Below are positions 42,332-53,601 of a stretch of DNA of 64,000 nt, piece by piece; positions within the stretch are counted from its first letter, which is position 1; every line of letters begins with the position of its first letter. Location: assembly GCA_963707295.1 (NCBI GenBank), contig CAVPPL010000012.1:488066-552065 (forward strand). The letters are read 5' to 3'. Source of the DNA: an uncultured Planctomycetia bacterium. GTDB lineage: Bacteria; Planctomycetota; Planctomycetia; Pirellulales; Thermoguttaceae. A program made the position numbers and the translations under genes. The notes beneath the pieces were generated by a model. That model worked only from the letters and a program-made list of their open reading frames with translations, made no database searches and had not been told where the DNA came from.

Positions 42332-45300
42332 GTGACTCGCCTAATCAACTTCTGTTGGTGCTGGTTCAAGTGGGGCCTGATCGCCTGCGTGATCGGGGCC
42401 GCGCTTTTGGTCCCCTATTTCTATCACCGCATGGACGACGAGATTCGCCGCCGCTTCGAGGATCTGTTCGCCAAGCAATATCCCAATCTGCAAGTCAAAA
42501 TCCGCTCTGCCGTGCTGTTGAAGGGAGAGGGGATTTCCGTCCGCGGGCTGTCGATCGTCGATCCGGCGGCCGAAGGTCCATGCCCCGAACTTCTGAGCTA
42601 CGACGAATGTTTCGTCGCTTGCCCCACCGATCTATCGGACTTGATGAGCGGCGAGCCGCGGGCGACGCAGGTCATTCTTCGCCGGCCGACGCTGCGGATG
42701 ACGCGCCGCAGCGACGGCACCTGGAGCGCCGCGCGATTGTTGCCGCTGCCGCGGCTCTCCAACGGCGCGACGCCGGAAATCCGCGTGGAGAACGGCACGA
42801 TCGAAATCTTCGACCCGACAAAGTCGCCCGCTTGCGCCTGCACGCTTCGCGACGTGAACCTTACGCTATCCCCAGTTCCACCTCCCGATGGCCAACCGGA
42901 AACGACCCGCCGCCGCCATATCCGCGGAACGGCCAGCGGCGATTACTTTCGCCAGGTGTCCTTTGAAGGCGATCTCGACGTGGATCGGCCGACGGTCGAG
43001 CTATCCGGCAAAATCGACGGCCTGGAAATCTCGCCCGAAATGCGCAATGCGCTGCCTGATGCCAACGGCTGCAATCTTGCCTGGTTGAGTTCGCTGCGCG
43101 GAGAGACCGAGGCGCAATTCCAAGTGAGCTACGATCCTGCGGCAACGGAGAAGTGGAAGTTCAACGTCAGCGGGCAGTTGTCGCACGGGCGGATCGAAGA
43201 TTCCCGCCTGCCTAATCCATTGACCGAAATCCATGCGGTGGTCCACGTCGATAACCGAGGATTTTGTGTTCGCGATTTGGGGGCTAAAAGCAACCAGGCT
43301 ACGCTCTCGCTTTCGTGCAGCGGCGGCCTTGCGGCGGGAAGTCCGATGGACCTTCAGTGCGCGATCCGCCAGATGCCCTTGGACGGCCAGCTCTTTGCGA
43401 TCCTGCCGGCAAAGCTCCAGGAGTTTTGGCAGAAGATCCAGCCGGATGGCGTAATTGACGCCGGCGTTCAGCTTCACTGTGATGGCCGCGCCTGGCAGCC
43501 GTGGGTGCGGATCAACTGCCAGAACGTCTCATTCTTCCACGCGGCCTTTCCCTACCGGCTCGACCACGGAAGCGGCGCGTTGGAACTCAGGGACGACCTG
43601 TTGACGCATCAGTGCCAGTGGCTTGTTCCCGGAGAGTGGAAACGCGGCGCGCTGGAACTCAAGGACGACGTGTTGACGCTGGGACTTAACGCTTACAGCG
43701 AGAACCAGTTGGTCCGCCTCGCGGGAGAGGTCCGCAACCTGTTTGGGGAGCCGACTGGCTGGCTGCACGTCAAATGCGACGCGCTGCCGCTAGACAAAAA
43801 GCTGCTGGAAGCGATACCGTGCGACGTGCAGCCGATGGCGACAGTCGCTCGATCTGCGGGGCACGGTCGAGGCCGATCTGGAGCTCTCGAAGGACATTCC
43901 GGGGGGACCGCTGCACAAGCACTTACGCGCCACGTGTATCCGCTGCTCGCTTCGATGTGATCGTTTCCCATACGCAATCTCGGAGATCAACGGCCAATTG
44001 GAGATGTACGATGGAAATTGGTGGTTCCGCAAGCTGGTAGGCTGCAACGGGACGAGTCGCATCACCGTCAACGAGGGCACGTTCGTCTGCTCGCCCAAGG
44101 GCGGAAAGTTGACTTTACAACTTGCGGCCGGGAATGTGCCGCTAGAAGGCGAGTTGCGCGAGGCACTACCTCCCGGCATGAGGCAGGTCTGGGCACTCTT
44201 GCAGCCGCGCGGCATCATCGATCTCACTTCCACCGTAAATTACTTCAGCGCGAATGACCTTTGGGACGTCAACGTCCGCGCCGAGCCGCGGAGCGGTAGC
44301 TCGCTCGAACCGGTGCAGTTCCCCTATAGTTTGGAAAACGTGCAGGGCGTGTTTACCTATGGTAGTGGAGGCATAACTTTCGAGCATTTCAACGCGTGGC
44401 ATGGTCCTGTGAAGCTCGCTTGCAACGGTTCATGCAGCTTCCGGCCCGACGGCGGTTGGCGGCTTCAACTCGATCGCCTTGTCGTCGATCGTTTGCGGCT
44501 GGACAGGCAATTCATGCAAATCTTGCCGCAGCAGCTCAAGAAAAACCTCGGCGAACTGAACGCCACGGGTCCGATCAGCGTGAAAGGCAACGTCGTTGTC
44601 TCCCATAGCGGCAAGCCGGTGGAGCCGACCATTTTGCAATGGAAAAACATCGCGCTGGACTTGACCAGAGTGGGGCTGGATTGCGGCTCGCGGTTGGAGA
44701 ACGTCAACGGCACGATTCGGGTCAACGGCTGGTCAGATGGGACACGCTTCCAGATGCGCGGCGAGCTGGACATCGAAGACATGACCTGCCACGACATTTT
44801 TTTCACGCAGGTCATGGGACCCTTCTGGATCGACGAGCAAAAGGCGAGGTTTGGCTCTTGGGTCGCGGCGCTGGACAATCAATCATTGGCGCCCGGCGCG
44901 AAGCCGTCGCCGCAGCGCGCCATCGTGGCAAAAGTCCTTGGCGGCACGATTTACGGAGACGGTTGGGCCTCCTTCGGCGAACAACCACAATTCGGCATCC
45001 AAGCGCAGCTCGCCGACGCCGACTTGAAGGCCTGCGATCGCGACCTGACGGGAAAGGACCGCAACCTAGTGGGACGGGTTTATGGAACGGTGCAATTGAA
45101 AGGCGCCGGCCACAACCGCACTGCTTTAAGTGGCGACGGCACTTTGAGACTCCGAAATGCGAATATCTATGAACTGCCGGCGATGGTCTCCCTGCTGAAA
45201 TTCCTCAGTTTTAAGCCGCCCGACCCCAATGCATTTAGCAACTGCGACAGCATTTTTCACATCCAGGGCGAACACGTCGATTTCAGCAAGCTAGACTTTA

Positions 45301-45548
45301 ATGGCGACGCTATCAGCCTGTCGGGCAAGGGCGAGATGGACTTCCAGGGCAATATTTCACGGATGGTATTCGCTACGACCCTTGGCCGCGGTGATGCCGG
45401 AGTGCCGATAGTCCGCAACCTGTTTGGTGGCGTGAGCCAGCAAATCATGCAGATCCGCGTTACCGGCAACATACAGGATCCCCACATCGACCGCGAGGCA
45501 TTTCCCGGCGTCAACCAGGCCTTAAAGAACTTGCAGGATCAACGTTAG
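42332..45548 (+). CDS. large membrane-anchored AsmA/TamB-like protein (hypothetical), about 2 frameshifts
   Basis: The GTG at 42332 gives an N-terminal TM helix (WGLIACVIGAALLVPYFY). A long beta-rich sequence runs through ORF 42083..43960 and ORF 43998..45548 with frame changes at about 43830-43990. The family call is tentative. Confidence 0.5.
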
Positions 45549-45631
45549 GTCCAAGGACGGGAACTAATTACTTAACAAAGCATGTTTAAGAGTATCGGCG
45601 GAGCTTGAAGAGAACAGAGGAAGCCATAACC

Positions 45632-45961
45632 ATGAGCATCGGATTCCTTTCCAATATCGGCGGCAGCGTGGCGGGCACCTCGCTCGCACAGCTTCGCGGT
45701 TCGGACGCGGATCGCGCTCAACAGGATAGCAATGCCCGCGACCTCCGCGTCCAGAGTGATCAAAAAGCCGAACTTGCCGCCGGCGTCGGGCAGGCCGATG
45801 GCGACGACCACCAGACGGCCGAGCGCGACGCCGACGGCCGGCAACTCTGGCGTCTTCGCAATCCCCAAGGCCAACACGAGACTAGCGAGACACCCCCACC
45901 CGAAAGCCGCGTCAAAGACCCCACCGGGCAGAGCGGCAACATGCTTGACCTGAGCGGGTGA
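45632..45961 (+). CDS. hypothetical small acidic protein
   Basis: ATG at 45632. MSIGFLSNIGGSVAGTSLAQLRGSDADRAQQD...HQTAERDADGRQLW resembles a small conserved planctomycetal protein (from memory). The overlapping antisense ORF was rejected. Confidence 0.5.
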   Translation: MSIGFLSNIGGSVAGTSLAQLRGSDADRAQQDSNARDLRVQSDQKAELAAGVGQADGDDHQTAERDADGRQLWRLRNPQGQHETSETPPPESRVKDPTGQSGNMLDLSG

Positions 45962-45971
45962 CGAATTTGGA

Positions 45972-46148
45972 ATGACTCCGGAAAAGGACTTCAACGGCGT
46001 CAACCGCTACGGCAACACATCCTCGGCTAGCATCCCGCTGGCGTTGGGCGAGGCCTATCGCCTGGGCCGAATCGGCCGCGGCGCTCACGTCCTCTTTAGC
46101 GGCTTCGGCGCGGTCCTGACGTGAGGAACGGTCCTCATGCGGTGGTAA
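45972..46148 (+). pseudogene. fabH: 3'-terminal remnant of fabH (3-oxoacyl-ACP synthase III)
   Basis: It reads MTPEKDFNGVNRYGNTSSASIPLALGEAYRLGRIGRGAHVLFSGFGAVLT*GTVLMRW*, the canonical FabH C-terminus with an internal TGA where the conserved Trp is expected. About 270 codons of upstream sequence are absent. Confidence 0.7.
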
Positions 46149-46429
46149 CTGGCCCGATTCTCACGTCGATTGACCATTGTGGGTGCATTCAATCTGGCCA
46201 TTCGGGCTATCTCTAGGTCAGTTTTGCCAAAAAGAGTAAAATCGACCGTAACCTGTGTCCTTTTTTGGGGTTACTAAATTATTGAATCATTTTGGATATT
46301 TCGTTTTTCACGTAACACCCGGAAATTGAGTCCGTTTAAGGATGCGGCGATCCGCCGAACCTGTCGCCATCGACGGCGATGGGCGCGAGACCGCCGACGA
46401 GAATAAACCGATCGGACGTTGAAAGGCCA

Positions 46430-46891
46430 ATGGAACTTGCTCAAATGCCGCCTACCGCGGCGCCAATTAATAGCGGTTCGCAGCATGCTGTTGCTCCCGA
46501 CTTCGAGTTTGTCGGCCGGCACATGATGTCCAGCTATGTCGGCTGTGATCGCGATGCGTTGCGGGACTTGGACGCTTTGGAAGAGGCTATGCAGCAGGCA
46601 GTCGAGGCCAGTGGCGCCACGCTCCTTACCTCAGCGCGGCACGTTTTTCCGCCCGACGGAATGACCATCGTCATGCTTCTTTCGGAGAGCCACGCCAGCA
46701 TCCATACTTATCCCGAACACAATTCCTGCTTTGTTGACCTTTTCACCTGTGGTTTGGACTGCCGGGCCGAAGAGTTCGACGCCGTGTTGCGGGCCTATCT
46801 TCGTCCGGCCGAAAGCAATGCGACCACGTGGATTCGCCACAGCGGCATCCAGCAGGATCAATTTCACAGCCGCCGCCGCCCGACCGTCTGA
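46430..46891 (+). CDS. speD: S-adenosylmethionine decarboxylase proenzyme (small bacterial type)
   Basis: MTIVMLLSESHASIHTYPEHNSCFVDLFTCG contains the Glu-Ser self-processing site motif. The start is uncertain (46430 or later). Confidence 0.8.
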   Translation: MELAQMPPTAAPINSGSQHAVAPDFEFVGRHMMSSYVGCDRDALRDLDALEEAMQQAVEASGATLLTSARHVFPPDGMTIVMLLSESHASIHTYPEHNSCFVDLFTCGLDCRAEEFDAVLRAYLRPAESNATTWIRHSGIQQDQFHSRRRPTV

Positions 46892-46903
46892 ACGCGGAGG
46901 AAG

Positions 46904-48046
46904 ATGCGAATGCCCGATACGTCTCCTCCCGCGTCTTCCGCATCGTCAGGCGACCCGTTGATGGTCGTCAACAGCGACGGCAAACTCGTGCCCGCGATGC
47001 AAGTCGCGCCGCGGCCTTACCAACTGCCGCCGCTGCCGCCGAACCGGTATTACGAAGACCCATTACCTGCGGATGCCGGCCGCAACGCCGTGACTTTCCT
47101 GGAGAAGACCGACCCGTTCGATATCTTCTCGTTTGCCTTGCAGAAAGTCGTTTACTCGGGCAAGACCGCCTATCAGGACGTAATGATCGCCGACACGTTC
47201 AACTATGGGCGGGCGCTCTTTCTGGACGGATCAATTCAAAGTTCGGAGGACGACGAATCGCTGTATCACGAAATGCTCGTTCAGCCGGCCATGCTCCGCC
47301 ATCCGAATCCCCGCGACGTGCTGATCATCGGCGGCGGCGAAGGCGCGACGCTCCGCGAAGTGATCGTCCACGCTTCAGTCAATTCGGTCACGATGGTGGA
47401 CCTCGACCGCGAAGTGGTGGAACTTTGCCGCGAGCACCTTATCCACTGGCATCGCGGCGCTTTTGAAGACCGCAGAGTCCGCATGGTCTATGGCGACGGG
47501 CGGAAGTTTGTTGAGGAGGACGACGGCCGCTACGACGTGGTCATCGTTGACGTAGTGGACATGCTGGATAACGGCCCGGCGCAGGCCCTTTATACGCGGC
47601 AATTCTACGAGACGCTCCGCCGCCGCCTGCGGCCCGATGCCATCGTCGTCGTCCAGGGGTTGGAGTTTTCTTTCATGGACGACAAGCCGCACGTCGCCCT
47701 CTCCCGCACGCTGCGGACCGTCTTTCCGGAAGTTCACAGCTATCGCGTACACATACCGTCGTTCCTCGGTTGCTGGGGCTTTTTGCTGGCCAGCGATTGG
47801 GCGCGGCCCGGCGAGTGGCGCGATGAAGACATCGCCCGCACGATCCAGGACCGTCTCGGCTTGGCCTGGCTGGATCATTTGAATCCGCAGTTCCTCAAGG
47901 GGGCATTCTGCCTCTGCAAGGAAACGCAGTTCCTGCTCTCGCAGCCGGGCCCCGTGCTGGAAGACGGCGTCGATTTCATCGCGCCGCCCAACATCGAGGA
48001 CATCGAGCCGCCTTACGCCGAGTTCCCCATCAAGCCGGCGGGGTGA
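46904..48046 (+). CDS. speE: polyamine aminopropyltransferase (spermidine synthase-like)
   Basis: YQDVMIADTFNYGRALFLDGSIQSSEDDESLYHEML, VLIIGGGEGATLREV, VTMVDLDREVVELCREHL and DVVIVDVVD are spermidine synthase motifs. The ORF is intact and follows speD by 12 nt. Confidence 0.8.
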   Translation: MRMPDTSPPASSASSGDPLMVVNSDGKLVPAMQVAPRPYQLPPLPPNRYYEDPLPADAGRNAVTFLEKTDPFDIFSFALQKVVYSGKTAYQDVMIADTFNYGRALFLDGSIQSSEDDESLYHEMLVQPAMLRHPNPRDVLIIGGGEGATLREVIVHASVNSVTMVDLDREVVELCREHLIHWHRGAFEDRRVRMVYGDGRKFVEEDDGRYDVVIVDVVDMLDNGPAQALYTRQFYETLRRRLRPDAIVVVQGLEFSFMDDKPHVALSRTLRTVFPEVHSYRVHIPSFLGCWGFLLASDWARPGEWRDEDIARTIQDRLGLAWLDHLNPQFLKGAFCLCKETQFLLSQPGPVLEDGVDFIAPPNIEDIEPPYAEFPIKPAG

Positions 48047-48097
48047 TATACTGGCGTTGCTCATACTAACCCAACGCGCTCGTAAGGAGAAGATTTG

Positions 48098-48181
48098 GGT
48101 GGCACGTCCTGAGCTTCAAGCGAAGGGCGTGGTGAAAGTCAAAAACACGCCCTTCGCTTGAAGCTCAGGACGTGCCACACC
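48098..48181. repeat. 84-bp palindromic element, family 2, second copy
   Basis: ggtggcacgtcctgagcttcaagcgaagggcgtg...cacgcccttcgcttgaagctcaggacgtgccac. The arms are nearly identical to those of the copy at 6898-6981, and the loop differs. Confidence 0.8.
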
Positions 48182-48190
48182 GAATGGCAT

Positions 48191-48550
48191 ATGCCTCACA
48201 CCGATCCGCCGCCGCCTGATGCGCCGCAACTCTACTGCGTTCGTTTTGTGGAGCACGTGCCGGTAGGCCAGTCGATGCTGCGCGAGTTCACCGACCCTTA
48301 TTCACGTCCACGCTACGCGTTCATGGAGCTGATCGGGCTGGATCGGCTGCGACCGCCCGTCTGGCCGCCGGAGGCTGAGGATCGCGATCGCTTCTACTTC
48401 CTCTTTCTGCCGGGCGGTTCAGCCACGGCCTTTGACGAGCAGAAGCGCGGCGAGCAGTGGATGGCGAAGCCCGACGTTCCCGCGGCCGAACCGACGGTCG
48501 AGATCCTCATGCGGAGCGATCGGGTCCTTTGGCGCCCGGCCGCTCGATGA
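48191..48550 (+). CDS. hypothetical protein (possibly the N-terminal part of a split DUF155/RMD1-like gene)
   Basis: ATG at 48191 lies just after the repeat. The stop overlaps the next ATG (ATGA at 48547-48550). Confidence 0.45.
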   Translation: MPHTDPPPPDAPQLYCVRFVEHVPVGQSMLREFTDPYSRPRYAFMELIGLDRLRPPVWPPEAEDRDRFYFLFLPGGSATAFDEQKRGEQWMAKPDVPAAEPTVEILMRSDRVLWRPAAR

Positions 48551-49065
48551 TGCAAGGCGCGGCCGACCGCATGCACGAAACGCTGCTGGCGTTGGCCGAC
48601 TTCTCGTACTTTGAAACCGAGCTCCGCAAGCTGGAGCATCGACTCCACGCGGACGCTGAAATCCTCGCCCACGACGTGCCGCTGACGACGGCCGCGGTCA
48701 ACAAGCAGTCGCTGCGCGCCCTCCGCCATGTCCATGAGCGAACCTGCACAATGACCCAGCGACGGATTCGCTACTCGCGGTTGGAGCGGCCATTGGAAAA
48801 GCCCTCCATCACGCTGCCCGGCGCGGGGCGGCGGCTGGCCAGCGAACTGCTGGTGCAATGCGAGGTCCAGGACCGCCTCAAAGCAGTCGACGAGCGGTTG
48901 GAAGTCTACGAAGACACCTACGAGTTGGCCAACGACCGCCTCTTGGAGTACGGAAACTTCCGCGCGGAAGCCAAGCTGGAAATTTGGATCATCGTGATCC
49001 TGCTTGGCGAGCTTCTGCTGATGCTCGCGGAAATCGGGCTCTTGGTCTGGTTTGAACACAAGTGA
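48547..49065 (+). CDS. hypothetical protein with a C-terminal TM helix (DUF155/RMD1-like C-terminus)
   Basis: RLEVYEDTYELANDRLLEYGNFRAEAKLEIWIIVILLGELLLMLAEIGLLVWF resembles the DUF155 C-terminal pattern (from memory, tentative). Confidence 0.45.
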   Translation: MMQGAADRMHETLLALADFSYFETELRKLEHRLHADAEILAHDVPLTTAAVNKQSLRALRHVHERTCTMTQRRIRYSRLERPLEKPSITLPGAGRRLASELLVQCEVQDRLKAVDERLEVYEDTYELANDRLLEYGNFRAEAKLEIWIIVILLGELLLMLAEIGLLVWFEHK

Positions 49066-49078
49066 CGTGGCTGCGGAT

Positions 49079-49158
49079 GCAGGGTGGTGTCGAGCGCAGC
49101 GAAGACCCACCACAGTGCGGCGATATCTGGCGGGTCTCGTAGAACTCGACCGCACCCT
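49079..49158. repeat. REP family 3-like palindrome (gcagggtggtgtcgag...ctcgaccgcaccct)
   Basis: Inverted arms lying between convergent genes. Confidence 0.5.
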
Positions 49159-49173
49159 ATCTCATTACTGGTC

Positions 49174-49844
49174 TCACGGCCGCGAAAGCGTCCGCGCCCA
49201 CTTGCGAAACGAGCGGATCCAGGTCGTTTCGTCCGTCGCGTTGCGCCGCTGAGAAATCCTTCAAGGTTCTCCAAAGGGAGGAACGGGAAAGTTGGACTGT
49301 TATCTTGAAGTGCATAGGAACGGTCGTCCTGTAGACGATAGACCCGCACCGCATCGTCCTCGTAAGTCCAGATTTCCGGCACGCCGAAATCGGCATAAAT
49401 GTTGAACTTGTTGAGTGAATTACGCGAGATATCCACCTCGATAACAAGATCGGGCGGGGGATCGACCGCCGGGTCGTAGTTGTCGTGCCCGCGCATCCGC
49501 GGCTCGTTCGCGACGTAATAGCACTCGTCCGCCTCCACGCCGCGCTCTTTAAGTGCCAGTTTCAGCGTTGTTGAACCGCCGCTGCTTATGGGGATGTTCA
49601 ACTCTTCGGTCACGGCCCCGATCATCCGGCCAAGAAGACGACTGACGCGATCATGCTTTCGAGACGGCGACACGATTTCCAAGTACCCCCGATCGTAAGT
49701 GAGTCTGGTGCCGCTCGATTCAATTTCCTCAACGAGCGCCTCGTACGTCGAATAGCTCACGCCGGACAACAAGACGCGACCCTCCAACGACAAGCCAGCG
49801 GACGGCAAATTTGCAATCGACATCATATCGGCCCCATTATCCAC
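49174..49844 (-). CDS. Uma2 (DUF820) family putative endonuclease, C-terminal frameshift
   Basis: SYSTYEALVEEIESSGTRLTYDRGYLEIVSPSRKHDRVSRLLGRMI, VEADECYYV, PDLVIEVDISRNSLNKFNIYADFGVPEIWTY. After FLS the protein-like reading (QRRNATDETTWIRSFRKWARTLSRP*) is in another frame and ends at 49174. The ORF-track tail to 48918 is implausible. Confidence 0.75.
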
Positions 49845-49926
49845 TTAGATTAATTCTAGCTGAAGAGAGGTGGTGTATCAAGCCGCCGTGCTTGACCATC
49901 CACCATCGACTTGCCAAAATCTCTCC

Positions 49927-51744
49927 ATGACTCAAATCAAACAACTCCCCGCCCGTAGCGAAGTCAACCCCGCCGACACCTGGGACCTATCCAGCCTCTT
50001 CCCGTCGGACGATGCTTGGGAAGCGGCCTTCACCGCTTGGGACGGCCGTATCGCCGAATACGCCGCCTTCCAAGGCAAGCTGGGCGAGAGCCCCGAGTCG
50101 CTGGCCGCCTGCCTGCAATTCGATCTCGATCTCGATCGCGCCGGCGAGCGGCTGGGCAACTACGCCTTTCTGAAAACGGCCGAGGACGTCGGCGAGAGCC
50201 GTTACCAGCGGATGCAAGGCCGCTATATGAACGTCGGCCAGCCGCGCGGCCCAGGCGGCCAGCTTCATCCGCCCGGAGATCCTGGCCATTCCCGCGGCCA
50301 CGATGGACGCCTTCCTGGAATCGCCCGTCATCGCGCCCTACCGGCTGCTGCTGGAGCGGCTGCTGCGCTACAAGCCGCACACGCTTGGCCAGAAGGAAGA
50401 GAAGCTGCTGGCCATGCAGACCGAAATGGCCCAGGCGGCCGAACCAGGTCTTCCGCCAGCTCAACGACGCCGACCTGAAGTTCGGCACATCATGACGAAC
50501 CACGAAGGCCAAGTCGATCGAGCTGAGCCACGCCACGTTCAGCGCCTTGCTGCACGTCGCCCGACCGCGGCGTCCGCACGGACGGCCTTCCATCAATATT
50601 ACCGCGCAATACGCCGACCACGACCACACGCTGGCCGCGTCGCTGGCCGGCTCGATGCAGCGCGACATGTATTACGCCAGGGCGCGGAACTACCCCAGCG
50701 CCCTGGAGGCGGCCCTGTTTCCCGACCAGCGTGCCGGTGGCGGTCTACGACAACCTGATCGCCTCGGTCCATCGCCACCTGCCGGCGCTTGTACCGCTAC
50801 TACGACGTGCGGCGGCGGAAGATGAGGCTCGACGACATCCACCACTACGACACCTACGTGCCGATCCTGGCCGAGCTTGCAGACGCCGGCACACGTGGGA
50901 CCAGGCGGTGGACGTCGGTGCTGGCCGCGCTCGAGCCGCTGGGCAGCGACTACTGCGGCGCGTTGGAACAAGGGCTCAGCGGCCGCTGGTGCGACCGCTA
51001 CGAAAACCGCGGCAAGCAGAGCGGCGCCTTCAGTTCCGGCTCGTACGACGGCGATCCGTACATCCTCATGAACTACCAGCCCGACGTGCTGGACCACGTC
51101 TTCACGCTGGCCCACGAGGCGGGCCACTCGATGCACAGCTGGCTATTCGGCCCGGCACCAGCCGTTCGCCTATTACAACTACACGATCTTCGTGGCCGAG
51201 GTGGCCAGCACGTTCAACGAGCAGCTCTTGAGCCGCTACCTCTTGGAGAACGCCCGCGAACGACCAGCAGCGGGCGTTCCTCATCAACCGCCAGATCGAC
51301 GCCATGCGGGCACGATCTTCCGCCAGACGATGTTCGCCGAGTTCGAGAAGCTGGCCCACGCCTCGGCCGAGGCGGGCGAGCCGCTGACGGTGGAACGGTT
51401 CAAGCGAAATCTACCGCGGGCTGTTGAAGCTCTACTTCGGGCCCGACTTCGCCATCGACGACGAACTGAACCTGGAATGCCTGCGGATTCCGCACTTCTA
51501 TCGGGCGTTTTACGTCTACAAGTACGCCACCGGCATGTCGGCCGCGATCAGCCTGGCCGAGCGGGTCACCGACGGCGGCAAGCAAGAGCTGGACGATTAC
51601 CTGGACTTCCTCAAAGGCGGCTGCTCGAAAGACCCGCTCGATCTGTTGCGCGACGCGGGCGTCGACATGGAAAAGCCCACAGCCGTCGATGGGGCGCTCA
51701 AGCAGTTTGGGAAGATGGTGGAAGAGCTAGATGCACTGCTTTAA
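49927..51744 (+). CDS. pepF: oligoendopeptidase F (M3B), 8 or more frameshifts as written
   Basis: MTQIKQLPARSEVNPADTWDLSSLF is the typical PepF start. Other motifs: LLRYKPHTLGQKEEKLLA, NYQPDVLDHVFTLAHEAGHSMHS (HEXXH), FVAEVASTFNEQLL, MFAEFEK, IPHFYRAFYVYKYATG. The pieces are spread over all three frames. Confidence 0.85.
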
Positions 51745-52773
51745 ACCGGCTTCATCGTGCTGACCCACAAGAACGGCTTGCCGGCCTCGTCAACGCGAAG
51801 CTCGAACTTCAGCCCGACCTTCGCCAACATCCTCCGCAGTCCGACGCTGTAAGTCGTGCGGGCTTGCGGATGCGAAAGGACCGCCTTGTCGAGGTCGATA
51901 TTGTATTTCGCCAAAGCGTTGTGGTCGTAGAGTACCGGCACGCCAAGCTGTTTGCCGATCACTGCCAAGACCTTTGTGGCGGCCACGTTGGAAATGTTGA
52001 CATTGTGAAACTCGTAAATGCTCGGCAGGACTTTGGGGCCATTTTCCGCCGGCCAGCCGATCGGCCAAATTTCCTTGTCCAAGTCGGCTTTCCTCACCGT
52101 GTAGGCGAGCGTGTCGCCCGATTCGTGCGGCACGAAGCAGAAGCCGATTGGCCGCAAGATGCAGGCCAGGGCGGTGCCGCTGGAAAGGCCGGACAACTCC
52201 TCTTCGATCTTGTCGTCTTCTTTCGCACCGTCGGTCAGCGAACCGTCGATCGCGAGTTTCAATCCGAGTTGCCCGGCGATCTTGTCAACAGCGTCGCTCC
52301 GTGACATACCCTTGGTGGAAAAGCCGACGGCCTTGGCGAGGTCGGCATTGACCTTTTGCAACTGGCTGCCGGTGAGGCCGAACGCGGAAACTCTTTCCCG
52401 CTTATCCGGCGGCCCGCGCTTGGCCAGATCGTCCAGCCAGGCCGCCACCTTCTTGCTCTCGCTGCGGCGGAAGCGTGCCGCCTGGCAGAAACAGCACGTC
52501 ACCCGGTCCGATGACGCCCGTGACCTTGTAGATCGGCGCCTGTGGCGTGCCGCCAACTTCGATGCCCGGCTTGTCGCCGTCATTGGCAGAACGGAGGGAA
52601 CTCTTGACGCCCGCGTCGGCCAAGGCCCGGCCCCATTCCTGGAACGACATCCCGGCCCCAAGTTGCGTGTCGCCGGTGATATCCAGTTCCACCTGTCCTT
52701 GCGTGGCGGCCCGGACGTAAGGCGAAAGAACCAAAACGACCGAAAACGATAGCAGGCAAAGCGAAAAACGCAT
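51741..52773 (-). CDS. hypothetical secreted protein, one frameshift
   Basis: MRFSLCLLSFSVVLVLSPYVRAA is a signal peptide (ORF 52402..52773). It continues in ORF 51741..52661, with the frame change near 52490. It is convergent with pepF and overlaps it by 4 bp. Confidence 0.5.
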
Positions 52774-52830
52774 GAGGACGCTCCTCCGAAGGCGAGAGGG
52801 AATGGATATAGGGATTATAGCACGTGAAAT

Positions 52831-52938
52831 GTAGGGTGGGACAAGATCGCGAGCGAACGCCGGCCCACCAACTCAAGACGCCGAGACAGTCGAGGTTGGT
52901 GGGCCTGCGCTCGTTGATACTCGCTGGTCCCACCCTAC
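52831..52938. repeat. REP family 3: 108-bp palindrome (gtagggtgggacaag...ggcccaccaac / gttggtgggcc...ctggtcccaccctac)
   Basis: Long imperfect inverted arms read directly. Related copies are at 42244-42285 and 49079-49158. Confidence 0.75.
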
Positions 52939-53017
52939 GAATCGTAACCTAGACTTCAACAGCCGGGATAACAGACATCCCGGTCCCGCCTTTACTTCCC
53001 TCCATGAGGTAACGAAC

Positions 53018-53254
53018 ATGACCCAGGAACTTGCCACCTCCCCCGAATACTTTGTCGATCGCCGCGCGAACGACGTATCGGCCCGCAGCCCGGCCTTCGA
53101 GCACCGGCAGTTCTCCAATTCTTACGAAGAACTTTCGCCCGAGGCCCTCGATCTGGCCCGCGCGATCGACGGCTACAAACTGCGTCACCGCCGCCGATTC
53201 ATCACCTACGAAGAAATGTTGTCGGTAGTGAAGTCGCTGGGGTATCAGCGGTAG
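53018..53254 (+). CDS. hypothetical small protein (78 aa)
   Basis: Intact ORF with ordinary composition, bracketed by palindromic repeats. The hairpin ggcacgc-tcc-gcgtgcc follows the stop. Confidence 0.45.
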   Translation: MTQELATSPEYFVDRRANDVSARSPAFEHRQFSNSYEELSPEALDLARAIDGYKLRHRRRFITYEEMLSVVKSLGYQR

Positions 53255-53320
53255 GCAAAGCGGCAGGCACGCTCCGCGTGCCGTCCGCCGGCGATGCGTG
53301 CCCCGAAGGGGCGTCCGTTG

Positions 53321-53479
53321 ACCCAGCGAAGGGCGTAGCCCTGGAATCGACGGCCTCCCGCGCATGATTCCTCGGGCCAACGGCCCAACAATTCTCCTCG
53401 AAGAATAACGGTTGGCCCGTTGGGCCGGCAAGGTATTCATATCGTACCCGTGTTCCAGGGCTGCGCCCTTCGCTGGGGT
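53321..53479. repeat. REP family 6: nested palindromes (acccagcgaagggcgtagccctggaa ... ttccagggctgcgcccttcgctggggt)
   Basis: The outer arms at 53321-53346 and 53453-53479 are complementary. An inner palindrome ggccaacggcccaac...gttggcccgttgggcc lies at about 53374-53427. Confidence 0.7.
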
Positions 53480-53601
53480 AACGCCTGGGCCTTCGGCCCG
53501 AATGTCAAACGTGCGCTCGCGTATCTTGCACACGCCGGTTCCGGCGGTTACGCTGAACGAACCTCCCACGTCCATTCCCGCCTTTCCTGGAGACCCGCAT
53601 C

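Noticed and set aside
45572-46003. 143-aa minus-strand ORF overlapping the small acidic protein and the fabH relic
   Set aside because: The plus-strand reading has a plausible ATG and RBS spacing and a recognisable conserved-looking sequence. The minus ORF spans two unrelated plus-strand features.
46149-46429. Riboswitch or leader upstream of speD
   Set aside because: The region is AT-rich with a few hairpins (for example gtcgccatcgacggcgat), but I recognise no known SAM or polyamine-responsive motif. The evidence is too weak to report as a feature.
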